Source of the DNA: Octopus vulgaris
Taxonomy: Eukaryota
DNA length: 64,000 bases
Reading direction: 5' to 3'
Assembly: GCA_951406725.2 (NCBI GenBank)
Contig: OX597826.1
Coordinates: 55,366,001 to 55,430,000, forward strand
The position numbers and the translations under genes were made by a program. Below the pieces are notes generated by a model that was given only the letters and a program-made list of their open reading frames with translations, made no database searches and was not told the DNA's origin. Shown here piece by piece: positions 41,827-56,135 of this stretch (positions within the stretch are counted from its first letter, which is position 1; every line of letters starts with the position of its first letter).

Positions 41827-42857
41827 GATATAGATATATATACATATATATATATACATACACACATATATATACTTTTATGTATGTATGTAGAGAGAGA
41901 AAGAGACAGAGACAAACGGACAGACTTAAATAGACATAAAGACTGATAGTTAGGTCGGTAGGTAAATTTTTCAAAATACCCTAGGGATACATTTTTATAG
42001 AGAATCGATCAAAGACCTTCATAAAAGAGGGTTCAGAGCAATATAAAATTCTTGTACTCTTCTGTAGACTGACTGATTTAAAAACCAACATGTCGGTATA
42101 CATATTAAATATTAAAATAAACACGTGATCTACTGGGACATTATCGTGTTTGTGGAAACCGAGTGATTTAAAAAAAATGCAAGCAAAGCCATCATCAGCC
42201 GGGAAGCATAAAAAAGAAATGCAAATATTATATTAAGTATTGTATACACGTGACGACGAGTAATGATGCAGCCGGTGCAAAAAATTAAGCTGATATATGG
42301 GAAACATTTAATCTCCAATGTTTGTGTGAAGAATATCCTCAGTAAAGTGCGTCGAAATATACAGGCTTTTACGTATGCTTGTCCAAGTTTTGAAGATATA
42401 TGCACTTCCACAGACACCAGATATATACTGGGCTTGTGATGTTAGAGGCATATACGATAAATGGGATGTTTCTCTTTATAGTATTGTGGTAAGCTTTTCT
42501 TGTAGTCTTCATCATCATTCTATCATTCTGTCGTTCTATTATTCTACCATTCTTTGTTCTGCAAAAGCTCGTCACTGGAATTATTCCTTGTAAGGACTGT
42601 ACAGTACATGTACCACCTTATTTTCTTTCTGTCTGCAAAAATCTGCTAGTCTTTTGGTTTCCATTTGTTCCGTATCCCCACAAGTGACTGGGATGATACA
42701 GCCAAGAGTAAGGCTTCGACATCATCCGCTTCCACAATCGAGGATGACACAACCACGTCCCTCGGTTCCAGAGATACTACTGATGACATTATTGAAATAA
42801 CAACCTCCAAGACCTATTTTTGCTTCAACAAGAACAGCACAAACAACAACAACAACA

Positions 42858-43068
42858 GTTTCAAATTTTACCACAAGGACAGCAATTTTAGGAGAGGGGA
42901 TGAGTCGATTACATTTACTCCAGTATCCAGCTGGTACTTATTTTCTCGACCCCCAAAAGGATGACAGGTACAGGCGACCTCGGTGGGATTTGAACTTGGA
43001 ACATAGCGACGGGCGAAATACCGCGAAGCATTACGTCCGGCCCGCTAAAACTTCTGGTAGCTTGCCAT
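42858..43068 (-). mobile_element. SINE group M copy
   Basis: ctggtacttattttctcgacccccaaaaggatgacagg...ggcgaaataccgcgaagcatt. Confidence 0.7.
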
Positions 43069-43084
43069 ATTATTATTATGTTGG

Positions 43085-43482
43085 ACATGACCATCCAGTG
43101 TGGCCATTTTATTGTGATTTGAAAACCTTGTGCTGTTGCAGAAAAGAAGATTAAAGCTATTATGCTCCACCGTGAAACCATGGGATGAATGAGAAGGATA
43201 GTGAAAAAGTGGTGAAATATCAGGTGCTAAAGTGGGAAACTAAGGAGCATCTAATTCAAAGAAGTCGTATTGAATAAAGTTGGCGCACTGGGAGCAGTTA
43301 GTAAAAGGATGGATGCATGGCTTGAGGAGCTAAGTATTACCATCATCACGGGTGTCTGGCAAGAAATAACCTTGTTAGGAACAGCAAGGATTCTAAGGAC
43401 TAATAGTCATTTAACCATTTGATATAGCTCGCTCTTTTAGTATAACATCTGCCTGAGCAAAAACGTCAATAATAATAATAAC
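43085..43482 (+). mobile_element. Old R4/Dong-like RLE 3' fragment
   Basis: MNEKDSEKVVKYQVLKWE...VGALGAVSKRMDAWLEELSI...QEITLLGTARILR, then 3' UTR and (AAT)n. Confidence 0.8.
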
Positions 43483-43619
43483 TGTGACAATTCTTTCTAA
43501 TTTGGGCACAATGTCAGTAACTTTGAGAGGAAGAGTAACTCGGTTACATCAACCGCTATGCTCGATTCGTATTTATTTCATCCTGATTAGAGCAGGATTT
43601 GTACTTAATAATAATTATT

Positions 43620-43828
43620 GATTTCAAATTTTGGTACACGGCCAACAAGTTCAAAGGAGGGGGCTAAATCGATTACACAGACTCCAGTACTCAACAATTT
43701 TATCGCCCTGAAATGATAAAAGGCAAAGTCAACCGCAGCAGAATTGGAACTCAGAATTTTAAAACGGACAAGATGTTGCTAATCATTTCGCCCGATGTGC
43801 TAACGATTCTGCCAGCTCACCGACTTTA
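43620..43828 (-). mobile_element. SINE group M copy
   Basis: ggcaaagtcaaccgcagcagaattggaactcagaa...gctaacgattctgccagctcacc. Confidence 0.7.
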
Positions 43829-43937
43829 AACTCAATAATAATTATAACTCTCATTTCTGATTTAGGGATTAAGTTCAGCTATGTTGAGGATATGGAGTTA
43901 GCTGACCTCTCCTCCACCCTTGATTTGAAATTTCTTT

Positions 43938-44306
43938 TATAGACTCCCCAAAAAATGAAAGATACACTCGCCCTAGGCTAGATTTATATTCAGAGTATAA
44001 AGAGCCCCCCCCCCCCCCAAATACCGTAAGCTATTTTATCCAACAGTTTAACGTTGAACTTAGTCTATAAAGTGTTGTTATATTTCATTTGGACACTGCA
44101 TCACATCAACATAAAATATATGATATAGACTCTAAAAAAATTAAAGGCACAATCGCCCTCGGCTAGATTTGTATTCACAGTGTAAAGAGCCAAAAAAGAT
44201 ACCGTATGCAATTTTATCCAACAGCTTAACGTTGAACTTAGCCTATAAAGCGCTGTTATAATTCATTTGGACACTGCATCACATCAACATAAAATATATC
44301 ATATAT
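43938..44306. repeat. Tandem duplication of ~185 bp
   Basis: Two diverged copies of tcgccct.ggctagattt...tcatttggacactgcatcacatcaacataaaatatat. Confidence 0.85.
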
Positions 44307-45953
44307 GAAATAACGAACTGAATCAAATACTTCAAAGTATGGTGTAAAAACCTTATTTCACTAAGCAAGTTATTTCGTGCAATGTAATCATAGTTGCATT
44401 TTATTAAAACAGTGGAGGCTTCAACTCTTTACACACAACAACCACTCACTGATTAAATGCTCACAATACATTTAAAGGAAGTATATTAAAATATTATCAA
44501 AGGAAAACTTATCAAAAGTTCAAAAATGTTTCAAAATGTGTTTTGTTTTGATAAAAGTTTATAAAATTTCAATAAGTTTTCTTTTGATAATGTTCCAAAC
44601 ATAATGTTCGATGGGTTGATTTCATTAAAAGTTCTAAAAAATAATTTTAATATTCTTTTGCTAAAATAATTTTTATGCAGATCTGGAAGTTTTGTTAGTT
44701 CGAGGTTTGCCAGGCCTTCATCAAAGCGAGTCAATGCTGTTTTATTAGCCATGAGAGATAGCGTTGCCAAGATTATCTTGAAACATTTTCAACTCTACAT
44801 TTGCATAAGAAGAAAATTTGCACACCAGAAGATTTTTGCGTACACTAACAACTAAAAATAGAGAGTCCATATTCGTAGGGCAGAGCTTCAAATATCGGCC
44901 ATTTGCTCAATGAATGGCCAATAGACCATCTGTTATTTCAACTGATAATATCATGTCTTTGTAGTACATTTCCTCTTGTTACGTTCCTCGATAAACTTCA
45001 TCAAGGCAGAAAGCAAAATTTAATGTCTTCTATTTGGCGTTCCTTATGAAAAGTTCCACAAAGTACTACAGTAAAAAAAAATCTACTAACGCCTACTTGG
45101 AAATGGGTGATGGACACTCTTTTAGGTATTTCAGAGACCTAAATGTGGTTTAGTTTTTATGCTGTGTCTCTATCACCGATCCACAGACCAACTTTCGATC
45201 CTGCATGCTTCAGGTCATGCGCTTAAGCACGTACAATATACGCAACGCAACATTTGTGTTTGCAGTGAGAAAATTAAGTATCAAGACCCATCCTCACTGC
45301 AAGGACGTTGTATTTTATGCTTTTTCTGTTTTCCTGTACGTTCTCCTAATCATTTGTCAAGAATCTCACTTCAAAGCTACTGTTCGCAACTACATTACGT
45401 GTTTTCAGACTAATAGATTCTTCTATATGTCTTGCTTGGAGGGAAACTCGCCTATAATTCATAATTTTGTATATTGATTCCATGCAACAAAACATCTAAT
45501 CTTTCTAATATAAATATTCACTTGTATGGGACGACGCATTCCGCTTCAAATATCTAAAACCCTATCTTTTGGACAGACCATAATTCTCTGTATCGGTCTG
45601 AGACTTCGTAGAAATTGTACTTTCTTACTGTAGTAGGATGTGGGTGGCCCATTGCAGTTTATATTTAGAAATCCACGAAGTAATTGTTAGAAAATTCAAG
45701 ACTATTTGTCGAGATTTAAAAGACTGTTGTGCTCCTTCATCTGACTATTTTCAAACAATCTCAGAGAGCATTTTAGATGTCATTTATGTCATATCTGTGA
45801 CCAATTGACAATAGTGGAGAAAATGCTCCAATGAATGTCTTTAGACGAAATATACCGCCAAGCATATCGGTGTGCTAACGGTTCTGCCAGCACGCCGCCG
45901 CCTTAACAACAACAACAACAACAACAGCTGAAGCAGCAATGACAAAAATAACG

Positions 45954-45992
<39 letters not shown>

Positions 45993-46004
45993 ACAATAAC
46001 AATA

Positions 46005-46215
46005 GCTTCAAATTTTGTCACAATGGCTGCAATTTTGGTGGAGGGGATGAGTCGATTACATCGACCCCAGTGTTGAAATGCTACTTATTTCATCGGCCCT
46101 GAGAGAATGGAAGGTAAAGTCGACATTAGCGGAATTTGAACTCAGAATGTGGCTGGCGAAATACCGCCCAGCCTCACGTCAAGCGCGATAATGATTCAGC
46201 CAACTCACCGCCTTT
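46005..46215 (-). mobile_element. SINE group M copy
   Basis: gagtcgattacatcgaccccagtg...gcggaatttgaactcagaatg. Confidence 0.7.
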
Positions 46216-46599
46216 ATAACAACAACAACAACAACAGCAGCAGCAGCAAAAACAACAACAACAGCAACAGCAGCAACAACATCAAAAGCGACGACGACGA
46301 CGAAGTTGACGAAAACAACAGATTGGAGTGAAAACATCTCAGCAAGGGATCAGTTTCGAAATATTAGTGAGTTTAATCTCCTTCACAATCTTTGGTAGAT
46401 ATGTAAGTAGTCAAAAGCGACATATTTCTACTGTGTACAACAGGTGGCATACATAATAACCCCCATTTTTTTTTTAAATGAAGGAGACGGAAACAAATTT
46501 TAAAATTACATGAACAAAAGGATGATTATGAGCGAGGCGGAAATATGATAATCATAAAAGTAGGAGCATAACATATGTATGTATGTATGTATGTATACA

Positions 46600-46658
<59 letters not shown>

Positions 46659-46666
46659 TATATATT

Positions 46667-46703
<37 letters not shown>

Positions 46704-46755
46704 CTATATATATTATATGTATGTATATATAAATATGTACATATATATAAATATG

Positions 46756-46806
<51 letters not shown>

Positions 46807-46938
46807 ATATGTATGTATTAGTATATATATGTTTTTCTTATACATATATATATATAGTCATATGTACATATGAATATATTTATATACACACACACACACA
46901 TTACATATTATATAAATATAACTATATCTATATGTATG

Positions 46939-46996
<58 letters not shown>

Positions 46997-47003
46997 CATA
47001 CAT

Positions 47004-47063
<60 letters not shown>

Positions 47064-47555
47064 GCCAGATTATTGATGTGAATTCGTATGCTGAAACAGA
47101 TCTTGTATTTGGGGCCGGTCATAATTACAAAGAACTATACCTGGGTATGACATTTATGTATGAATAGACGTATAACATGGATATTGAAGCTGCTGACAAG
47201 CTCTATGTCATCCAGTAGACAAATATTTGAATTAAAGTAGGTATGGGTAACAAGTCATGTTAATTATATATACGTAAGTAGATATGCACATGCGCACTCA
47301 CAGATATACGTTCAAGACTCACATACACACTTAATAACATCATACAAAAATGTTTGCGCGCGCGCAACATACACATATATATGTATAAATGAGTGTCCGA
47401 GTGTTTGGGAGTGTGCATATGTCTACGTGTACATATATATTGGCAGATTTATATACATATAGGCATACAAACACACGTATAAAAATAACCATATCCATAT
47501 ACATACATATACATACATTCATGCACATATATATGCATTCATACATACGTATATC

Positions 47556-47589
<34 letters not shown>

Positions 47590-47636
47590 TATATATACAC
47601 ATACAGATAAATTATAGAGATACGTGTACCTATATA

Positions 47637-47674
<38 letters not shown>

Positions 47675-47721
47675 TATACATAAATGCATACATATAAACG
47701 TGGATACATATGCATATATAA

Positions 47722-47765
<44 letters not shown>

Positions 47766-48379
47766 GCACACACATGAACATATACACGCATATATATGTG
47801 TGTGTGTGTGTTTGTGTGTGGTGGGGGTGGCTCGGATATAAGTCACTGAATGCGCATGTTTAACAGGGTAGAAAAAAAAAGCAAGACATTACAATACCAT
47901 AAAGCAAGACACCAAAAATATAAATTTAAAACACAAAAAATATTACGTACACACATACACGCAATTACATATACCCAACCATATACAGAAACAGATAGAG
48001 AGGAAGAGAAGTGGCGAATAGAACAACAACAAAAAAATACAAAGAAGCCAAAACACAAAAGACAACCTTGAAATCACATGACTAGAAGCGTGTCGTTATC
48101 ATAATACATAGAGATAAAATGAGATAGATAATCCAATTGCTCTTTTGCTAACCGACATTTTGTTTTTGAGACCTTTTCTTGTTTTGCGCTAAATTAAGTT
48201 AAAGCGCGCATTCCCTCTCTTGACTCTATTATCCAATTTTGTGATGTAAAATAAGAAAAAAATAAAAATGAAGAAGAATAGTATTGGTGATGGTAATAAT
48301 AACGATGATGGTGAGGATGACGAAGATGATGGTGATGATGTTGATGATGGTGATGATGGAGTTGGTTTACGTTGCGATG

Positions 48380-48396
48380 AAATAATAATAATAGTT

Positions 48397-48453
<57 letters not shown>

Positions 48454-48462
48454 GTTATGATG

Positions 48463-48525
<63 letters not shown>

Positions 48526-48865
48526 GTAACCAAAAGATGATGAAGAAGTTGACGACGTGGAAGAAGAAGGAGGAGGAGGAGAAGATGGAGAAGGAAAAGA
48601 AGAAGAAAGAAGAAGACGAAGAAGAAGAAGAAGAGGAAGAAGAGAAGAAGAAGAAGAAGAAGAAGAAGAAGAAGAAGAAGAAGAAGAAGAAGAAGAAGAA
48701 GAAAGAAGAAGAAGAAGAAGAAGAAGAAGAAGAAGAAGAAGAAGAAGAAGAAGAAGAAGAAGAAGAAGAAGAAGAAGAAGAAGAAGAAGACGAAGAAGAA
48801 GAAGAAGAAGAAGAAGAAGAAGAAGAAGAAGAAGAAGAAGAAGAAGAAGAAGAAGAAGAAGAAGG
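48380..48865. repeat. (AAT)n and (GAA)n microsatellites
   Basis: Directly visible. Confidence 0.95.
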
Positions 48866-49581
48866 AAAAGAATGGTAAAAATGGTAGTAATAATGAATTG
48901 TGATGCTGCAAAGTAATACACAGACCCACACACATATCTATGTATAAGTATATATATGCAAAAATATAGATATATACATATGTAATGATATATATGTGTG
49001 TGTATGTATGTATGTATGTATGCATGTATGCATGTATGTATGCAGGTATGTATGCATGCCTGTATGTATGTATCATCTATTTATATATATACATATGCGT
49101 GTGTGTGTTTATACAGATACATAGATAGATTGATAGATACATAGATATTATATAGATGTGTGTGTATGCACATGCGTATAAGCATTTACACGCAGGCACA
49201 TGCACGCACGCACACATACGCACAAGAACACACGCGCGAACAAACACACGCACGCGCACACACTCAACCAGAAGACGAACTTGATCCGCATCAAAAACAG
49301 AGTCTATGGCAAGAACTACAGGAACCACAATGCAAACTGAAATGGTAGCATCACTGAACAACAAAGCCAAGACCAACAGAGGCAGCATCAGCAGTGGTAC
49401 AAACAAGGGAACCAGCTTCATTTCGACTATAAGACTCTATATATATATATCAGTCAGTTGATGGGCTCCACTACCTCAAATGTTCTTAAAATTTAAATCC
49501 ACATCTTTGTCTATATATCTACCTTCTCTATAATGTTGCCACTTGATATGAAAATTTTGTATTAGTGGAAAACCTCTATAA

Positions 49582-49667
49582 TTGGCTGATGAGTGCTCAG
49601 CATTTTAAAACTGTTGTAATACTTACAACATTTAATAAAATGATGTAGTACGAAACGATCGTACCAA
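49582..49667 (+). ncRNA. Type I hammerhead ribozyme with intact core
   Basis: Stem I TTGG/CCAA; CTGATGA 49586-49592; stem II GTGCT/AGTAC with internal hairpin TGTTGTAA/TTACAACA; GAA plus palindromic ACGATCGT; GUA site ending at 49663. Confidence 0.8.
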
Positions 49668-49698
49668 ATAATCGGAATCATTCTTGTTGCTTATTTTG

Positions 49699-49781
<83 letters not shown>

Positions 49782-49814
49782 GGAGATAAAGAGAAAGAAA
49801 AAGAAAAAGAGGGT

Positions 49815-49854
<40 letters not shown>

Positions 49855-49914
49855 TATATTTATATATATATATATATATATATATAATTACAAATAAATA
49901 TGTATAAATAATAT

Positions 49915-49965
<51 letters not shown>

Positions 49966-50109
49966 CAATTGATAAAATTAATTAGTTATTAATCAATTTC
50001 ACCAAGTATTCAGTATGTAAAGGACCATTTAAGGCAATTAAATATATATATACATACAACTCAGTACGACTGAGTTCAGTATGTGCAAAGTAATTATATA
50101 AATACAATG

Positions 50110-50150
<41 letters not shown>

Positions 50151-50160
50151 CATACATACA

Positions 50161-50193
<33 letters not shown>

Positions 50194-50234
50194 GTATTTG
50201 TACTTTGACCTTAACTGTTGGTGATGGCTTTCTC

Positions 50235-51175
50235 AAGATACTGTCACCAAGCTATGCTGATGATAGAAAAGTACCACAAGCAGTGAGGGGCGCTTACTAC
50301 ATACGAAAACTACAAAACGACCTGTATGCAATGTAGAAACGTACTGGCAATAATAACATGTAGTTCAAGGCTGAGAAGTTTCAAGCAAGAAAGATTCAAA
50401 TTGCTATTCACAGGACCAAAGGGTAATGCAATGCCAGAGTCCGAATCGGTGCGTGACCTGGAAATCTACATGAGTAATGATGCAACATTCAATGTGCGTG
50501 TTAGCAAAATGGCAACGTTATGCAGTCGAGTAGCTGGATCCATTCTTAAATCATTCAGGACAAGAATTAAGGATACCTTGCTACTTCTATTCAGAATTTG
50601 TACTCAGATGTCTGGATTGCTGTCCCCAATTTTGGTCGTCATAGAGTGTCAAACTGGTGGCGGAACTCGAGGCAATCTGGAGCCACTACACTAAGAAGAT
50701 TGACTCGGTGAAACTGATAAGCTACTGGGAGTGGCTAAAAGAATTTAAGGCTCTACTCCTTAGAAACGCGTGGAAGATATACAGAAATATACATATGGAA
50801 GATCCTGGGAGTTTAGCTCTCAGCTTTGGAATTAAAAGCTACACTAATCACCGAATCAGATGACACAGTTTCTTCTCCATCTCTTATAAGGACCCAACAC
50901 TTCAACAACTTGGGTTTTAGGGATCCATAACTGTTCAACATCGGCCAAACTTCAGAGATTTGCATGGTCTAGATATGAAGATCTTCATAAAGCATTTGGG
51001 CAGATGTCTGAAGAAATCCCAGATGAGCTCACATGGCGACAGGAGGAACGTAGATGTGTGGCTCCGTCCAACTCACTCCTTCACGAAAACCACTACAGAA
51101 AGGAGAACTAAACGCACTGAGAGTCGATGTTCTAGTATGGCCCCCAGCATGGCCCCAGCATTTGGCTGAAACCAC
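50235..51175 (+). mobile_element. Second, more decayed CR1-group LINE 3' fragment
   Basis: SYADDRKV...LQNDLYAM...PESESVRDLEIYMSND...ISYWEWLKE; colinear with 32180-33115 and has the same 3' end motif. Confidence 0.85.
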
Positions 51176-51320
51176 CTTTTGCCATTAATTTTGCCTTCGG
51201 GTTCTAATTGCTAATAAGCCACCCTTTTTAATTTGTTGTTTTTCACTTTTATCGTTTTTGAAACCAGCACAGGTTTTCACCGGTATTTCGCATAAGACTA
51301 ACAGAAGTAACTGAGTTTAA

Positions 51321-51402
51321 CCCTAGGCGTTAAGAGCCGCTGATGAGGATTAAAATGGTCTGCATCAAAATCCGAAATCGTGATCAGGCTATATACGCTG
51401 GG
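51321..51402 (+). ncRNA. Type I hammerhead ribozyme motif
   Basis: AGCC(G)-CTGATGA 51340-51346; stem II GGATT/AATCC; GAAATCGTGATC; AGGCT; distal stem I GCGT/ACGC beyond an internal loop. Confidence 0.7.
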
Positions 51403-51711
51403 GACATAGCTCACTTTGTCAGTTGCTTAAGACACTGCGCTTGTGGCTTTGAATTAGTTTAAGTCTTACCTTTAGCAAAAGCGGTGCTAGTTAGTACTCT
51501 CTGTCACTTTAGTGACTTCTGCTAATATATATATAATATATATATATGTATGTGTGTGTGTGTACACACACACACACAAAGAGAGAGAGAGAGAGAGAGA
51601 GAGTGAGAGGAGGCAGGGAGCTAGATAGATAAATTGGTTGATAGATTAAGCATATAGTCGATAATACTGCAATAACAGCGTTAATTATTGTAATATACAT
51701 GAAAATAAAAA

Positions 51712-52005
51712 GTAAAGGGTGAAGATCTCCTTCGGCCATGAATGACCATGGGGTTGCACCTTGGAAGTTACCCCCCGAAGCATAAGTCTAGGCAAGGTTG
51801 TTTATGGATGACCAGCAGTACCCCATATATACCTGCCTCCCCTATCCACGCCACCGATGTTATTCAAGGGCTAGGCAAAGGCTGATACAGCTTGGCATCA
51901 GTGATGTCGCAGCTCGTGTCTGCAGCTGAATGAACTGGAGCAACGTGAAATAAAGCACACCGCTCGGTCAGGGAATCGAACTCAATACCTCATGATTGTG
52001 AGCAC
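51712..52005 (-). mobile_element. SINE group R (CORE-like) with another distinct tail
   Basis: Core ttcacgttgctccagttcattcagctg followed by ...ccataaacaaccttgcctag...catggtcattcatggccgaagg. Confidence 0.7.
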
Positions 52006-52244
52006 CAACAAAAGGTACAAGACCTGTATTAAAATATTATTACATCGATACCAGTACAGATTTCATCGACTTTAAATGTTTGGATGGCAAAGTTGACCTC
52101 TGCGGCATTTAAACTCCGAGCCCAAGCCGCAAAAAATGTCGCTAAGTATTTCCTCCGGTGCGCTAACGACACTACCATTTCACCGACTTACAACTATTAA
52201 TACAAGAATGGTATCAGTAATAATTATAGTCCCTTCAACTAAAG

Positions 52245-52822
52245 GGACAGGGCCTGAAATTTTGAGAGAGTGAACCAGTCGATAATAATAACCCCAGTGT
52301 TTCACTGGTACGTAATTCATCGACCCCCGAAAGGATGAAAGTCAGAATTGATCCTGGCGGAATTTGAACTCAGAGTGCAACGACGGACGGCATTTTACCC
52401 GGCGTGCTAATGATTCTGCCAGCTCACCACCTTAATAATGATAGTAATAATCCTACTATAGGCTCAAGGCCTGAAATTTTAGGGGAGTGGACAAGTCAAT
52501 TGCATCGACCCCAGTACTTAACTGGTACTTATTTCATAGATCACCGAAAGGATGAAAGGCAAAGTCGACCCCACCGGAATTTGAACTCAGAACGTAGCGG
52601 CAGATGAAATACCTATTTCTTTACTACCCACAAGGGGCTAAACGCCAGAGAGGACAAACAAGGACAGGCAAACGGATTAAGTCGATTATATCGACCCCAG
52701 TGCGTAACTGGTACTTATTTAATCGACCCCGAAAGAATGAAAGGCAAAGGCGACCTCGGCGGAATTTGAACTCAGAACGTAGCGGCAGACGAAATACCGC
52801 TAAGCATTCGCCCGGCGTGCTA
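52245..52822 (-). mobile_element. Cluster of SINE group M copies
   Basis: Three successive gatgaaaggcaaagtcgacc...ggaatttgaactcag units; reverse complement of 4644-5015. Confidence 0.85.
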
Positions 52823-53068
52823 AAGAACGACAAACCTGAATAAAATATATCTAAAATATATAAAATATATGAATGCAACTTGTTCTTTTGCAATAAGCTA
52901 ACTATTTATTCAAAAATATGATTTTAAATAATTTACTCCGTAATAACTGTGATAACACTGATAAATAGATGGAGAAATGAAGAGATAAAATTTAATTTAT
53001 ACATTTATTACTTGATAAATAGATAGATAGACAGATAAATAGACGGACGGATAGACAGAAAGACAGAC

Positions 53069-53156
<88 letters not shown>

Positions 53157-53282
53157 TGACAGATAGATAGACACATAAATATGCATAAAAGTATGCGTAT
53201 ACGTACGTATACATAGGAAAATATACACATATATGCGCATGCGTGTGCTGGGGCGTGTATATGCGTTTGTACTTATATATAT

Positions 53283-53320
<38 letters not shown>

Positions 53321-53334
53321 CTTTTATTTATTTC

Positions 53335-53693
53335 AGGCATTTGACTGCGGCCATACTGGAGTACCGCCTTTAGTCGAACAAATCGATCCCAGGACTCATT
53401 ATTTGTAAGCCTAGTACTTATCGTATCGGTCTGTTTTGCCGAACTGCTACGTTACGGGGCCGTGAACACACCAGCATCGGCTGTCAAGCGATAGTGGGAG
53501 TAAAAATACAGACAAAAACATACACACACATATGTATATACGACGGGCTTCTTTCACTTTCCGTCTATCAAATCCACTCGCAAGGCTTTGATCGGCCTAA
53601 GGCTACAGCAGAAGACACTTGCCCAAGGTGCCACGCCGTGGAACTGAACCCGGAACTATGAGGTTGGTAAGCAACCTACCTACCACACAGCCA
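53335..53693 (-). mobile_element. SINE group C, near full length
   Basis: Reverse complement of 26542-26930. Confidence 0.8.
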
Positions 53694-53747
53694 CTTATAT
53701 ATACATATATATATATATATCAAGAGAGAGAGAGTGACAGAGAGAGG

Positions 53748-53786
<39 letters not shown>

Positions 53787-54496
53787 GGCGCAGGTAATTA
53801 GAGATATACATATTTGAAATTCATTTTCCTGAGTAATCATTTTTTTCGTATGCTTCCTATACATTCCTATGCACAATCACAGGCATTCTCTCTCTTCCTC
53901 TCCCTTAAGCACATAATCATGCACACATACACTCACCTGCACACACACAAACACACACACGCACGCTCGCACACACGCACGCACACAAACATACACTACA
54001 CAGAAACGCGCTCACTCGTTATATATAAAGTTCACAATACAAATTGGGAATTATATAGATATATATAATATGTAATACATAACAAAAAAAATGTGTATAT
54101 TTGAGTCATCACCTGTGCGTGTGTCTATATGTGAGTGTGTGAGCGTGTGTGCATGTGTGTGCGTGTGTTCGTATGCGTATACGGGAATTATACAAATGTG
54201 TGTGTGTGTCTCTGTGTGTGCGTGTCTGTCTGTTTCTAACACAAGCTGCATGTGACTATTCACTGAGAAATATATACAAGCAACCTTTTTGAATAGTTTC
54301 ACAAGTATACACGGATAGAGGTCTGTGTATAGACCTGTAGTATTTTAGACAACCAAGGAAAAAGGTGAATCGCAGTCATATGCGAAATGAAAACATGATA
54401 GATATATCTCCACACATCCATCCATCCCTTCATCAATCCATCCATCCATCCATCCATCCATCCGTATATGAATACATATCTAATTATATCTAATTA

Positions 54497-54530
<34 letters not shown>

Positions 54531-54730
54531 GCTAGCTAGCTATCTATCTATCTATCTATCTATATATATATATATATACATATAAATTTACAATCACATA
54601 TATAACAGTACACACACACACACACACACATATATATATTGTTGAAATTCACAGAAAAGCATATATACATACATGCACGTGATTGTACGGTTGAGTGTGA
54701 GTGTATGGAAGAGGGCGAGAGGAAAGTGGC

Positions 54731-54789
<59 letters not shown>

Positions 54790-54893
54790 GATGTTTATCG
54801 ACCTGTCGCTCTTATAAGTAGATTATTATATTTAAATGTGTGTGGGGTGGAGTCGGGGAAGGCTAACTGTATAATGAAGGGTAATCCACGCTT

Positions 54894-54930
<37 letters not shown>

Positions 54931-55082
54931 TATTTATACATATATACACACATACACACACACACACATATTTTTATATACACACATCTATATATGTGGT
55001 ACGTATTGATATTTATAGCAAACCTATATATATATATATATATATTATCTATCTATCTATCATTCTATCTATGTATCTATCA

Positions 55083-55232
<150 letters not shown>

Positions 55233-55507
55233 ACTGACAGTCAGACAGTCTGACAATCAGGCAGCCAGATTTTGAGCAAAACAAACAAGTTGATACATAG
55301 AACGATGGAACGAACGCCAGGTAGGAAGAAGATACAAAATAATAGCAGAAAAGCAGAAAAGCCAGAGATAGGTAGATACATAGACAAACAAGCGTCTAAT
55401 TGGTTGCTTTCAGCGTAAATTGCGCCATACATTCACATCTCTCTTTGACAACATCAACAGTAATAAACAACAATATGAATGATAATGGAAACGGTAACAA
55501 CGACAAT

Positions 55508-55540
<33 letters not shown>

Positions 55541-55718
55541 TGCAGCAGCAGCAGCAGCAACGACAGCAGTTAGTGTTTTTCTCCCTCCCTCTCTGTCTCC
55601 TAAAAAACCTCTCCATCTCATTATTTTACTTATCATTCTGTACCAACGTTTGTTTTGCTTTGTTTTATCTTGTTTTTGGGGGTTTTTTTTGTTTGTCTTA
55701 ACGTAGCTAACCTTTATT

Positions 55719-55753
<35 letters not shown>

Positions 55754-55987
55754 TTAATATTTTTCATATTCTTAGAGCTGTGCCATACTTAAGGTTTGTA
55801 AATTGGAAGATTGGCTACACATACAAGATTTTAAAAACACACACCACATACACAAACAGAGGTATGCGTTTAATCACACGCACTCCTTTTTTTATCGCAC
55901 GCCCACCAGCGCACGCGCTCGAACACATACGCACATATGCATCTAAACGTCCACATACACAAAGAGAAATTTACCTATCTATCTATG

Positions 55988-56022
<35 letters not shown>

Positions 56023-56044
56023 TATCTATATATGTGTATGTATG

Positions 56045-56076
<32 letters not shown>

Positions 56077-56089
56077 AGTAGATAGATAG

Positions 56090-56135
<46 letters not shown>

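Noticed and set aside
42130-42830. Several short ORFs in a non-repetitive block
   Set aside because: No recognisable protein similarity in the frames I read; cannot support a call
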